Shown one piece after another: positions 1-7,825 of a stretch of 23,536 nucleotides of DNA; positions within the stretch are counted from its first letter, which is position 1; every line of letters begins with the position of its first letter. The position numbers were made by a program, and so were the translations under genes. The notes under the pieces were generated by a model that worked only from the letters and a program-made list of their open reading frames with translations, ran no database searches and was not told the origin of the DNA. The stretch is from Deltaproteobacteria bacterium (GTDB taxonomy: Bacteria; Myxococcota_A; UBA9160; SMWR01): assembly GCA_032128375.1 (NCBI GenBank), contig JAQBGU010000224.1, positions 1 through 23,536 of the forward strand, in the 5' to 3' direction.

Positions 1-110
1 ATGACCAGGTCCCTGAGGGACAAGCGCTGACCGTCATCTTGTACGCAACTGCTGATCGCGACCAGTGAGAGAAGTGCGACTGACCACCGCTGGAACGAAG
101 CGGAATCCAC
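1..110 (-). CDS. Partial CDS (5' end), probable lipoprotein
   Basis: Own translation from GTG at 110, just downstream of the gcvH stop: VDSASFQRWSVALLSLVAISSC-VQDDGQRLSLRDLV. The frame is open to the window edge. A hydrophobic stretch ends in a lipobox-like ISSC. Start could also be TTG at 116. Confidence 0.5.
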   Translation of the reverse strand, partial: MDSASFQRWSVALLSLVAISSCVQDDGQRLSLRDLV

Positions 111-119
111 GGACAAAAT

Positions 120-518
120 TCAGTCGCTTCGTTCTTTGACGCTCTGCGTGTAGGTAGCGGCGTCCAGTAGCAGCTCCAGTTCGCGGGGGTCGCTGGGCCG
201 GATTTCGAGCATCCAACCGGCGCCGTAGCAGTCTCCATTGACGATTTCCGGCGCGTCCTCGAGGTCGCCGTTTACCCGTACCACCTCGCCCGATACCGGT
301 GAGATCAGGTCCGAAACGGCTTTGACCGATTCGATGACCCCAAAAGCGACACCGCGCATCACGATCGTTCCGGCCGGCGGTAGCTCGACGAATACGATGT
401 CGCCAAGTTGCTCTTGCGCGAAGTCTGTCACGCCAACTGCGACGGCCTCTCCCTCGTCGCGCACCCACTCATCGTCGGCCGTGTAGTCGAGATCGGCAGG
501 AATGTTGTAGTCGGTCAT
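120..518 (-). CDS. gcvH: Glycine cleavage system H protein
   Basis: VGVTDFAQEQLGDIVFVELP and lipoyl-Lys motif IESVKAVSD. ATG at 518 is preceded by GGGGAAG. Confidence 0.96.
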   Translation of the reverse strand: MTDYNIPADLDYTADDEWVRDEGEAVAVGVTDFAQEQLGDIVFVELPPAGTIVMRGVAFGVIESVKAVSDLISPVSGEVVRVNGDLEDAPEIVNGDCYGAGWMLEIRPSDPRELELLLDAATYTQSVKERSD

Positions 519-537
519 CAGGACTTCCCCCGGATTC

Positions 538-570
538 CGCTCGCGCGCCATGTGGCATCTGGTGCGAGCG
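538..570. other. Intergenic stem-loop between gcvT and gcvH
   Basis: CGCTCGCGC (538-546) pairs with GTGCGAGCG (562-570), with one G-U pair. No U-tract. Confidence 0.35.
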
Positions 571-579
571 TCAAATGCT

Positions 580-1676
580 TCATCCACTCTTGTCAAGGAA
601 CGGTGTTTCCACAACCAGTGCACGAACGGGTCGTCCTCGAATCATCACGTCGAAGCGGCTACCGAGAGTCCCGTAGTCGGGGGGAACGTACGCCAGACCG
701 ATCGACTTTCCGAGTGTTGGCGACGGGGATCCCGATGTCACAACTCCGATGGTCTCGCCATTGACGGCTATCGGGTATTCGGCGCGCGCGACGCCGCGGC
801 CCTCGATCACGAAGCCGGCCAGTAGGCGGATCTGGGGCTTGGCGCTGGCGCGGCGCAGCGCGGCCGCGCCGACGAATTCTCGCCCATCGAGATCAACGAA
901 GCGTCCGAGGCCGGCTTCGAACGGCGTGGTATGCTCGTCGAGTTCGTGGCCGTAGAGGGGGAGGGCGGCCTCGAGTCTCAGCGTGTCTCGCGCTCCCAAC
1001 CCGGCCGGCAGCAGGCCGAGCGGACGACCCTGCTCGAGTAGCGCGTCGAATACCGTTTCGACATCCGCCCCGTCGAGATACAACTCGAACCCGCCCGCAC
1101 CGGTGTAACCGGTCTTCGAGACGCTGGCCTCTCGGCCGGCTACCTCGATCGTCTGGCAGCGAAACCGGCGCATCGTCTCGACAACGGGGCTCGAGATCCG
1201 CTTGAGAATCTCCGTGCTTGCCGGTCCCTGGAGCGCGAGCATGCCCGTCGTGTTGCTGGCGTTGTCGGCCTCGACCCCGGACGCGTGGTTGGCGCAGTGT
1301 TTCGCGATCCAGCGGTGGTCCTTTTCTACGTTGGAGGCGTTGACGCAGAACATCAGCTCGTCTTCGGCGAGCCGGTAACAGGGACGTCGTCGACCACCCC
1401 GCCTTCGTCATTGCACAGCAGGCCGTAGCGAATTCGACCGATCGCCAGGTCGGCTACGCGCCGCGTGAACAGACCGTCGGCCGCAGCGATCGCACCGGCG
1501 CCGCGCAGGTAGATCTGTCCCATGTGGGAGACATCGAACAAACCCGCGGTCTCGCGTACCGCGGCATGTTCTTCTCGGATTGAGGTGTATTGGACGGGAA
1601 GGTCGTAACCGCCGAATTCGACCATTTTTCCGCCGAGCTGGCAGTGTCTTGCATAGAGCGGAGTGTGTTTCGCCAT
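580..1676 (-). pseudogene. gcvT: Glycine cleavage system T protein (aminomethyltransferase), split by a 1-nt frameshift at about 1381-1383 (pseudogene or sequencing error)
   Basis: ORF 1353-1676 gives the N-terminus (TPLY..H, FGGYDLPVQY, GLFDVSHMG, GGVVDD). ORF 580-1353 gives the rest (VNASN, LALQGP, TGYTG..GFE, GLGARDTLRLEAALPLYG). Adding one base restores DDV-x-CYRLAEDELMFCVN. Confidence 0.9.
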
Positions 1677-1741
1677 ATTGTTCGAGCGGTGTCTCGGCGC
1701 CTGGAGTCAGACGGGAAGCGCGGCGTCAGGCGACTGCCGTG

Positions 1742-2176
1742 CTAGCCCTTTGCCTTTCCCTTGCTCTTGGACGGCTTGTCTTTGACCTTGCTGGAATCTT
1801 TCGACTCGCTCTTGGATTCGGCTTTCGACTCGCTCTTGGATTCGGATTTCGACTCGGTCTTTGAATCGGATTTCGACTCGGTCTTGGAATCGGATTTCGA
1901 CTCGGTCTTTGAATCGGAAGCCGATTCGGATTTCGATCCCTTGCTATCACCCGAGCTGGTGACTTGATCTCCGTCCTTATCGCTCTTGCCGCCGCTCGAC
2001 GAGTACAAATCCGAGTACCAGCCGCCTCCCTTGAGTACAAACGACGTCTTGGAAATGAGCCGTTTGACTCGCTTGCTGCGGCATTTCGGACACATCTTGA
2101 TCGGGTCGTCGCTGATCCGCTGTTCGACCTCGAATTCGGCTTGGCATTTGGCACATTCGTATTCATAGATCGGCAT
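1742..2176 (-). CDS. FmdB-family zinc-ribbon protein with low-complexity S/K/E/D tail
   Basis: MPIYEYECAKC...CPKC...LISKTSFVLKGGGWY is the typical FmdB/CxxC-CxxC signature. Confidence 0.92.
   Translation of the reverse strand: MPIYEYECAKCQAEFEVEQRISDDPIKMCPKCRSKRVKRLISKTSFVLKGGGWYSDLYSSSGGKSDKDGDQVTSSGDSKGSKSESASDSKTESKSDSKTESKSDSKTESKSESKSESKAESKSESKDSSKVKDKPSKSKGKAKG
1799..1918. repeat. Coding tandem repeat, 5 x 24 bp
   Basis: Unit consensus TTTCGACTCG(C/G)TCTT(G/T)GA(A/T)TCGGA. Encodes SDSKTESK x3, then SESKSESK and AESKSESK. Confidence 0.92.
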
Positions 2177-2309
2177 GTAATCTCTCGATACGCCTGGTCA
2201 GGGGGATTCGTTTCCTGTCCAAGGCGGGTTTTTGAAGAGCAAGTCGGGGGGGGCCCTGCGGTTCCGGCGGCTCGAGGCCAGTCGCCCACCGTCTCCTCGG
2301 CGTCAGACC

Positions 2310-2642
2310 CTACTGGTTGCGTGGGCTTGCTGCCAACCCCTCCAATCGGGCCGACAGGGAAGCGGGATCGCCCTCGACTCGCACCCGCTTTCGGCGTCCG
2401 GTGGATCCCGGGTCGAGGTCGACCTCGGATTGCTTCACGTCGAGCACCTCGGCGAGCGCTCGTACGCATCCATGATTGGCGGCTCCGTCAACCGGAGGCT
2501 CCTTGACCGCTACACACAGGGCGTCGCCATGGGTTCCACCAACGGCAGGACGCCGAGAGCGAGGGGTCACGTGAATCCAGAAGGCAACACCCGAATCGTT
2601 CCGCGCGAGCAAAAAACCTCGACCCGACTGTTTCGCGTTCAT
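2310..2642 (-). CDS. yggU: DUF167/YggU family protein
   Basis: HVTPRSRR...GDALCVAVKEPPVDGAAN...LAEVLDV...GSTGRRKRV. Lies directly after divIVA. Confidence 0.9.
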   Translation of the reverse strand: MNAKQSGRGFLLARNDSGVAFWIHVTPRSRRPAVGGTHGDALCVAVKEPPVDGAANHGCVRALAEVLDVKQSEVDLDPGSTGRRKRVRVEGDPASLSARLEGLAASPRNQ

Positions 2643-2649
2643 GAGCCTG

Positions 2650-3171
2650 CTAGGCGCCCTCATGTGATGCATGTGCGATTGGCACAAAGACCTCGGCCGG
2701 ACCGATCGTAGGCTCGTCGTCCGGGGCGTGCGTGAGTCCATCGAGGATCCCCAGGTGCGTCTCGATGGCCGCGCGCACCGATGCCGACAGACGGGTTCGC
2801 AGGTGCTTCATTTCGCGAAGGTCGCTGGCGAGCTTCGATGCCCGGCGATGAGCCGCGTCGAGCACTTTTTCGGCGCGGATCTCGGCCTCGCCGATCAAGA
2901 CTTCGGCCTCTTTGATGGCCACATGTTTCAGATCGTCGCTCATGCGTTGGGCCGTTGTCAGGGTTTCCTGCAGGATCGACTCGTTGGACGCGAGATCCTC
3001 GACGCGCACTTCCAGCCGAATCACCTTCTCGCGCAGTTTTTCGGATTCGCGCAGCAGGTCTTCGAAGTCGTCGGCGATCAAGCTGAGAAACGAATCGACT
3101 TCATCGCTCGCGTAGCCAGAAAAACGCTTTCGAAACTTGTGATTTCGGATGTCTAGCGGGGTAATTCGCAC
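2650..3171 (-). CDS. divIVA: DivIVA domain-containing coiled-coil protein
   Basis: ITPLDIRNHKFRKRFSGY..DEVDSFL followed by coiled coil. GTG start with GAGGAGG RBS. Confidence 0.92.
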   Translation of the reverse strand: MRITPLDIRNHKFRKRFSGYASDEVDSFLSLIADDFEDLLRESEKLREKVIRLEVRVEDLASNESILQETLTTAQRMSDDLKHVAIKEAEVLIGEAEIRAEKVLDAAHRRASKLASDLREMKHLRTRLSASVRAAIETHLGILDGLTHAPDDEPTIGPAEVFVPIAHASHEGA

Positions 3172-3326
3172 AGCAGCCTCCTCGACCCGGAATGTTGCTT
3201 GCTACCCGCTCTCAGCCCGTTTGGCTCTGGGCGGTCGGAGATGGGACCGCAGCACATCCTCCGGCAGAAGATCGACCGAAGTAGCCGAAATCTTGAGTCC
3301 TCGGGGCCTTCGATCCGACTCGAGGG

Positions 3327-4295
3327 TCAGGCCCCGGGCTTGGAGGGGCCCGCTGGCATCGATGGAGCCGAATCGGGAGATTGGCCCAACTCGCGCGAGC
3401 GCCGGGTGGCGGCGTCAACCGCGCGAGCCACCAGATCGCGCAGGCCGCCAGCCTCGAACTCGGCGAGGCCGGCAACCGTAGTCCCACCCTTCGACGACAC
3501 CTGCTCACGAAGCTCCGCCGGGCTTCGTTCGCTTTCGCACGCGAGCTTGGCGGCTCCGAAGACTGTCTGGAGGGCCAATGATCTGGCGGCGTCGCGCGCG
3601 AGGCCAACCCCTTCCCCGGCATCGATCAGTGCCTCGATGAATAGGAACACATACGCTGGACCGCTGCCGGACAGCCCCGTCACGGCGTCGAGGTGGGCTT
3701 CTTGCCCAGCCCGCCAGACGCTGCCGACGCTGCCGAAAAGCGCTTCAGCGGCGTCGAGGTCAGACGCAGTAGCAGAAGTGTTGCCGACGATCGCGGTCGC
3801 GCCCGCCTGCACGAGTGCGGGTGTATTGGGCATCGCGCGGACGATTCTGGCTTGGGCGCCCAGGTGAGTGCTGAGGGCGTCTAGCCTGACACCCGCGGCG
3901 ATCGAGACCCAAAGCGGTCGCACCAGGTCCAACCCGCCCTGTGTCTGTGAGGCCGCAATCTCAGCGAGCGCGGACGCCGCGATATTCGGTTTGACGGCCA
4001 ATACGACCAGGTCCGATACGCGTACTACCGGCGGATTGTCCGAGTGGGTCACGACCCCGAGCCGCTCTGTGAGCTGAGCGCGGCGCTCGGCCCGGGGCTC
4101 TGCGATCGCGATCTGCGCTGGGGCCACGCCCGCACCGAGCAATCCGCCAGCCAACGCCTCCGCCATCGCGCCGCCGCCGATGAAGCCGATCCGTTTGTCC
4201 TGTAGTGCACTGGAGAGTGCAGCGGAGAGAGCAGTGGAGAGAGCACGCGTGGGGGCGCGCGAAGTTGCATGGACATCTGCGCAGCCGTGGGTCAT
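3327..4295 (-). CDS. proC: Pyrroline-5-carboxylate reductase
   Basis: IGFIGGGAMA, LAVKP, SIAAGV, RAMPNTP, TGLSGSGPAY, VSSKGGTT. ATG overlaps the yggS stop (ATGA). Confidence 0.96.
   Translation of the reverse strand: MTHGCADVHATSRAPTRALSTALSAALSSALQDKRIGFIGGGAMAEALAGGLLGAGVAPAQIAIAEPRAERRAQLTERLGVVTHSDNPPVVRVSDLVVLAVKPNIAASALAEIAASQTQGGLDLVRPLWVSIAAGVRLDALSTHLGAQARIVRAMPNTPALVQAGATAIVGNTSATASDLDAAEALFGSVGSVWRAGQEAHLDAVTGLSGSGPAYVFLFIEALIDAGEGVGLARDAARSLALQTVFGAAKLACESERSPAELREQVSSKGGTTVAGLAEFEAGGLRDLVARAVDAATRRSRELGQSPDSAPSMPAGPSKPGA
4204..4245. repeat. Coding tandem repeat, about 3.5 x 12 bp, in the ProC N-terminal extension
   Basis: AGTGCACTGGAG / AGTGCAGCGGAG / AGAGCAGTGGAG / AGAGCA. Encodes ALST-ALSA-ALSS-AL. 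Confidence 0.75.
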
Positions 4296-5014
4296 CGATC
4301 ACTCCGTTGTCCGAAGATCGCCGTACCGACCCGAACGATCGTGGCGCCTTCTTCGATGGCGACTTCGAAGTCGCCGCTCATTCCCATGGAGAGCTCACGC
4401 AAGTGTTCGCCTCCGGGCTCGCTGCGGAGCGTATCGCGAAGTTCCCGCAGTTGGGCAAATACCGGCCGGTTTGCCGCAGGGTCGACTTCGACCGCCGGCA
4501 GCGTCATCAGGCCGATCATGCGCAGCTGCGGCCAACGCTGACTGCTTGCGAGCAGCCCGCGAATTTTGCCCGCTTCGATGCCTCCCTTGTGCGCTTCCCC
4601 GCTGAGGTTGACTTGCAACAGGACCTCGAGCCTGCGCTGTTCGATACCGGCACGCCGGTCGAGTTCGGCAGCCAGCTTTTCGCGGTCGATACACGACACG
4701 CAATCGAACAATCGAGCCACGTCGCGGGCCTTGTTGCGCTGCAGCTGACCGATGAAATGCCAGCGTGGACGGGGTTCGTCGTCTCGAAGTGATGCTAGGA
4801 CCGTCGGGATTTTCGTGACGGCCTCCTGGACGTAGTTCTCACCGAGGTCGCGCAGGCCGGCGCGCAGGGCCGCGACGATCTTCGCAGGGCTCTGACGCTT
4901 GGAGACCCCCACCAGGCAGACGTCGTGTGCGGAGCGTCCAGCGCTCCCTGCGGCGGCGGCAATGCGCGCGCGGACGCTAGCGAGCCGGTCCGCGACTTCG
5001 CTGGCGTCACTCAC
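4292..5014 (-). CDS. yggS: YggS-family PLP homeostasis protein
   Basis: LVGVSK, GENYVQE, WHFIGQLQRNK, GLMT, LSMGMSGDFEVAIEEGATIVRVGTAIFG. Confidence 0.97.
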   Translation of the reverse strand: MSDASEVADRLASVRARIAAAAGSAGRSAHDVCLVGVSKRQSPAKIVAALRAGLRDLGENYVQEAVTKIPTVLASLRDDEPRPRWHFIGQLQRNKARDVARLFDCVSCIDREKLAAELDRRAGIEQRRLEVLLQVNLSGEAHKGGIEAGKIRGLLASSQRWPQLRMIGLMTLPAVEVDPAANRPVFAQLRELRDTLRSEPGGEHLRELSMGMSGDFEVAIEEGATIVRVGTAIFGQRSDR

Positions 5015-5633
5015 GGGGACCCCGTCGCCCCGTTGCTGCGTCGCTCATCCACTCGAGCAGGGCCAACGTTTCTTCGACTGGCAGGCCGATTACGTTGGTC
5101 TCGCTCCCGTCGATTTCAGTGACGAAAGAGCGTGCGCCTCCCTGCAGCGCGTAGCCACCGGCCTTGTCGAGAGACTCGCCGGTTGCGACGTACGCAACCA
5201 GTTCTTCGCGCGTGGCGCTGCGCATGGTCACGGAACTCTCGACGGTCCGACTCGCCACGCGAAGCGAAGCGCTGTCGACCACCGCAATACCGGTCACGAC
5301 GCGATGCCGACGCCCCGTCAACCGCGAGAGTAGTTCGAGTGCATGATCGGCATCTCTCGGCTTGCCGAGCACCTCTTCATCGAGAACGACGATCGTATCC
5401 GCGCCGAGTACCAGACGGGGGGGCGCGGGACCGACGCGTCGCGCGACGGCCAGCGCCTTCTCGGTTGCCAGACGCTCGACAAGCCGTATCGGCGCTTCGC
5501 CGTCCCGCTCGAGTTCGTCGATATTCGCGGGCTGTACATCGAACGCGACCGATGCCTTGCGCAGCAACTCGCTGCGACGAGGGGACGCACTGGCCAGCAC
5601 GATCGGCAAAATTTTATGCAGGGTTTGAGACAT
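5007..5633 (-). CDS. maf: Maf family nucleoside triphosphate pyrophosphatase
   Basis: LASASPRR, GADTIV, LGKP, DKAGGYALQG, NVIGLP. Start trimmed to ATG 5633. Confidence 0.95.
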   Translation of the reverse strand: MSQTLHKILPIVLASASPRRSELLRKASVAFDVQPANIDELERDGEAPIRLVERLATEKALAVARRVGPAPPRLVLGADTIVVLDEEVLGKPRDADHALELLSRLTGRRHRVVTGIAVVDSASLRVASRTVESSVTMRSATREELVAYVATGESLDKAGGYALQGGARSFVTEIDGSETNVIGLPVEETLALLEWMSDAATGRRGPRE

Positions 5634-5778
5634 GATCCGCGGGGTACCGAGCTGAGCAACGATCGTCAAGCGGGGTGTCGCGATGCTATCTGTCTCGCAG
5701 CCGCTCTGGAGCCCTTGTCGAACGAAAGTCCGCGCGCCGCTCGCTCGGCCGATACCCATACGGAAACTGTGTCCCAAA

Positions 5779-6117
5779 ATGCCCAAGCGCGAATGGAGTC
5801 TGGAAGCCGCACGCGAGATTCTCGGCGATGTTCGCGCTCGCACCGAGGAGGCCGTCGGGCAGGTCGAAGCCCTGTTGGTTCAGGTCACCGACAATGCGCC
5901 CGAATCGCCCGAACGCCAGGCGGCCGATCTCGAAATCCAGCGCATCATCGCCAGCTGGGCGCGAGCGATGGAGGCGCTCGGACTCGCGGTAAAGGGGCCC
6001 TGGCTGGTCGATTTCGATTGCGGGAGCGGGCTCTACTGCTGGCGCTGGCCGGAAGAGAAACTCGAGTATTTCCACGGCTATGACGAAGGCTTCGCCGGCC
6101 GGATTCGAATCCAATAG
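5779..6117 (+). CDS. DUF2203 family protein
   Basis: WSLEAAREIL...VKGPWLVDFD...YCWRWPEEKLEYFHGYDEGFAGR matches the DUF2203 C-terminal pattern. Confidence 0.85.
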   Translation: MPKREWSLEAAREILGDVRARTEEAVGQVEALLVQVTDNAPESPERQAADLEIQRIIASWARAMEALGLAVKGPWLVDFDCGSGLYCWRWPEEKLEYFHGYDEGFAGRIRIQ

Positions 6118-6282
6118 TTCGGCTTCGCACCCGGGATCGACGTTTGGCGCTGGCTTGCGCAGCCGCCATCCGTTCAGTCGTTTGGGAACGGGGGCTCGGT
6201 CGCAACGGCTGCGATCGGGCGGACGGATGCCGCACTCCTACCGCTTGCGGGGAGCCGCCTTCGTGCGGAGATCGCGCATCGG

Positions 6283-6708
6283 CTAGCCGTCATCGGTCGG
6301 GCGACGGCGGCTGCGCTTGAGATCGGTTCGTCGCTTGACTGCGGCAATACCGCGCGACACAGCGCGCTTGCTGGGCTGGGTGGCGAGGCGCGGGCGCTGG
6401 CTCGCCAATGCCTCGCGCACCACGCTAGCGAGGCGTTCGCGAACCGACTCGCGATTGCGCGCCTGGCTGCGCGAACTCGCGTGCAAAATCAACTCACCTT
6501 CGCTCGTCAGGCGGCTTCGCAACCGTGTGAGAAGCCTGCTGCGCTGGCTGTCTGAGAGCGTCACGCTGCTCTGCACGTTCCAGCGCAACGTGACGCGGGT
6601 GCTCGTCTTGTTGACGTGCTGGCCACCGGGTCCGCTCGAGCGACTGACCGATTCGGAAAGCTCGCTTTCCGGGATCACCAGTCCGCGCCGAACGCGTAAA
6701 TTCTCCAT
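6283..6708 (-). CDS. arfB: Alternative ribosome rescue peptidyl-tRNA hydrolase ArfB (YaeJ)
   Basis: IPESEL..SRSSGPGGQHVNKTSTRV (GGQ motif), RSQARNR and a basic C-terminal tail. Confidence 0.94.
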   Translation of the reverse strand: MENLRVRRGLVIPESELSESVSRSSGPGGQHVNKTSTRVTLRWNVQSSVTLSDSQRSRLLTRLRSRLTSEGELILHASSRSQARNRESVRERLASVVREALASQRPRLATQPSKRAVSRGIAAVKRRTDLKRSRRRPTDDG

Positions 6709-6741
6709 GCCGACCTTCGATGGTATTGAGCGAGCAGCTCT

Positions 6742-6780
6742 CTGTGCATGAACCCTGTGCATGAACCCTGTGCATCAACC
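6742..6780. repeat. Intergenic tandem repeat, 3 x 13 bp
   Basis: CTGTGCATGAACC, CTGTGCATGAACC, CTGTGCATCAACC. Confidence 0.92.
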
Positions 6781-6811
6781 GACTTTTCGGTTGAGCCGCT
6801 AGATCCGGCTC
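6777..6811. other. Two adjacent perfect 6-bp hairpins after the DUF3501 stop codon
   Basis: AACCGA-cttt-TCGGTT (6777-6792) and GAGCCG-ctagatc-CGGCTC (6793-6811). Confidence 0.5.
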
Positions 6812-6813
6812 GG

Positions 6814-7710
6814 CTATTTCGGTGCCGCGTAAAGGTGCCAACGCAACGGGGCGCTGTCGTTTCCCAGCTCGGTCTGTACACGACACGTCCCAAGTTCTTT
6901 CACGATGTCGCGGGCTGCGCGCTGCACGCCGGCCATCAACTCGGCGAGCAGGTCGGGGCTGGCGTCCAGAAGTGACGGGACCGATGCAAGCGGTTCGACG
7001 ATCACATGGCCAGGGGCCAGCTGGCGTGCCGGCCGCAGCGCACGGACGTTTGCCGTTTCGAACAGAATCTCGATCGTCCTGGCTGGTTCTGATGGGTCGA
7101 ATTCGGGCAGCAGACAATCGGGTCCGATTTCAAGATCCCCTATCAAACTCGCTCGCGTCGCTGGCGCGATCTCGACCTCGCGCCGGTAGTTGGGATGCTC
7201 GATCCGGACGCGCGCAGGCTGGTCGGGGTCGCAGAAGCGTTCTTGATGTTCGTCGTCGAGATGGAATTGGATGTACTGAACGGCGGAAAGCCGGTCTTCT
7301 GCCATTTGTTTCGGATCGAACCGAGCGGTCACGATCTGCTCGCCGTCTGTACCCAGCACCAGCGAGACGCACTCATCGATGCCGACCAATCGCTCGAGTG
7401 TTGCACGGATCGCATCGCCATCGGTGATGTCGACGAATAATGTGGCCGATAGTCGCCCGGGCGCTGGGATCAACTCGTTGTAGGTGTCGAGTTCGTGTTG
7501 AATCTTCTTTGGGGCGCGAATTCCTTCGACCCAGAGCATCTCCTGGACTTGGAAGCGGATGGTTTCCCGGTTCTCGAACACCAGTGTGACGTTCTCGCCG
7601 ACCGCGACGCGACGCGACCGCTTGTACGCGATGATGGCAGTTCGATACGCAGCGCGCAGGCCCGCGTATCGGTCGTGGTCGACGACTTCTTCCAGCGTAA
7701 GAGGCTTCAT
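6814..7710 (-). CDS. DUF3501 family protein fused to a C-terminal degenerate HIT-like domain
   Basis: N-terminus RRVAVGENVTLVFENRETIRFQVQEMLWVE..ELDTYNELIP..LSATLFVDI..SAVQYIQF..HPNY (DUF3501). C-terminus ILFET..VRAL..LAPGHVIVEP..SLLD..RWHLY resembles a HIT fold. Confidence 0.82.
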   Translation of the reverse strand: MKPLTLEEVVDHDRYAGLRAAYRTAIIAYKRSRRVAVGENVTLVFENRETIRFQVQEMLWVEGIRAPKKIQHELDTYNELIPAPGRLSATLFVDITDGDAIRATLERLVGIDECVSLVLGTDGEQIVTARFDPKQMAEDRLSAVQYIQFHLDDEHQERFCDPDQPARVRIEHPNYRREVEIAPATRASLIGDLEIGPDCLLPEFDPSEPARTIEILFETANVRALRPARQLAPGHVIVEPLASVPSLLDASPDLLAELMAGVQRAARDIVKELGTCRVQTELGNDSAPLRWHLYAAPK

Positions 7711-7825
7711 GAGACGTTGCCGTATGCGCGGTTCACCCAATTGCGTGACCTGGAATACGTGTTTGAAACTCACCGGACTAGGCCCCCGATGAGCGCGCAA
7801 TCTTCGCCGACCCGTCGGCCTGGGT

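Noticed and set aside
1375..1390. Programmed ribosomal frameshift in gcvT
   Set aside because: No slippery heptamer is present. A simple single-base loss explains it.
1677..1741. Glycine riboswitch upstream of gcvT
   Set aside because: The gap is only 65 nt and shows no recognisable glycine aptamer motifs.
2246..2253. G8 homopolymer upstream of the FmdB-like gene as a phase-variation tract
   Set aside because: Short for a GC-rich genome and not demonstrably between promoter elements.
1726..2469. 247-aa alternative-frame ORF over the FmdB-like gene
   Set aside because: Off-frame reading of the same repeat. The 1742-2176 frame carries the family signature.
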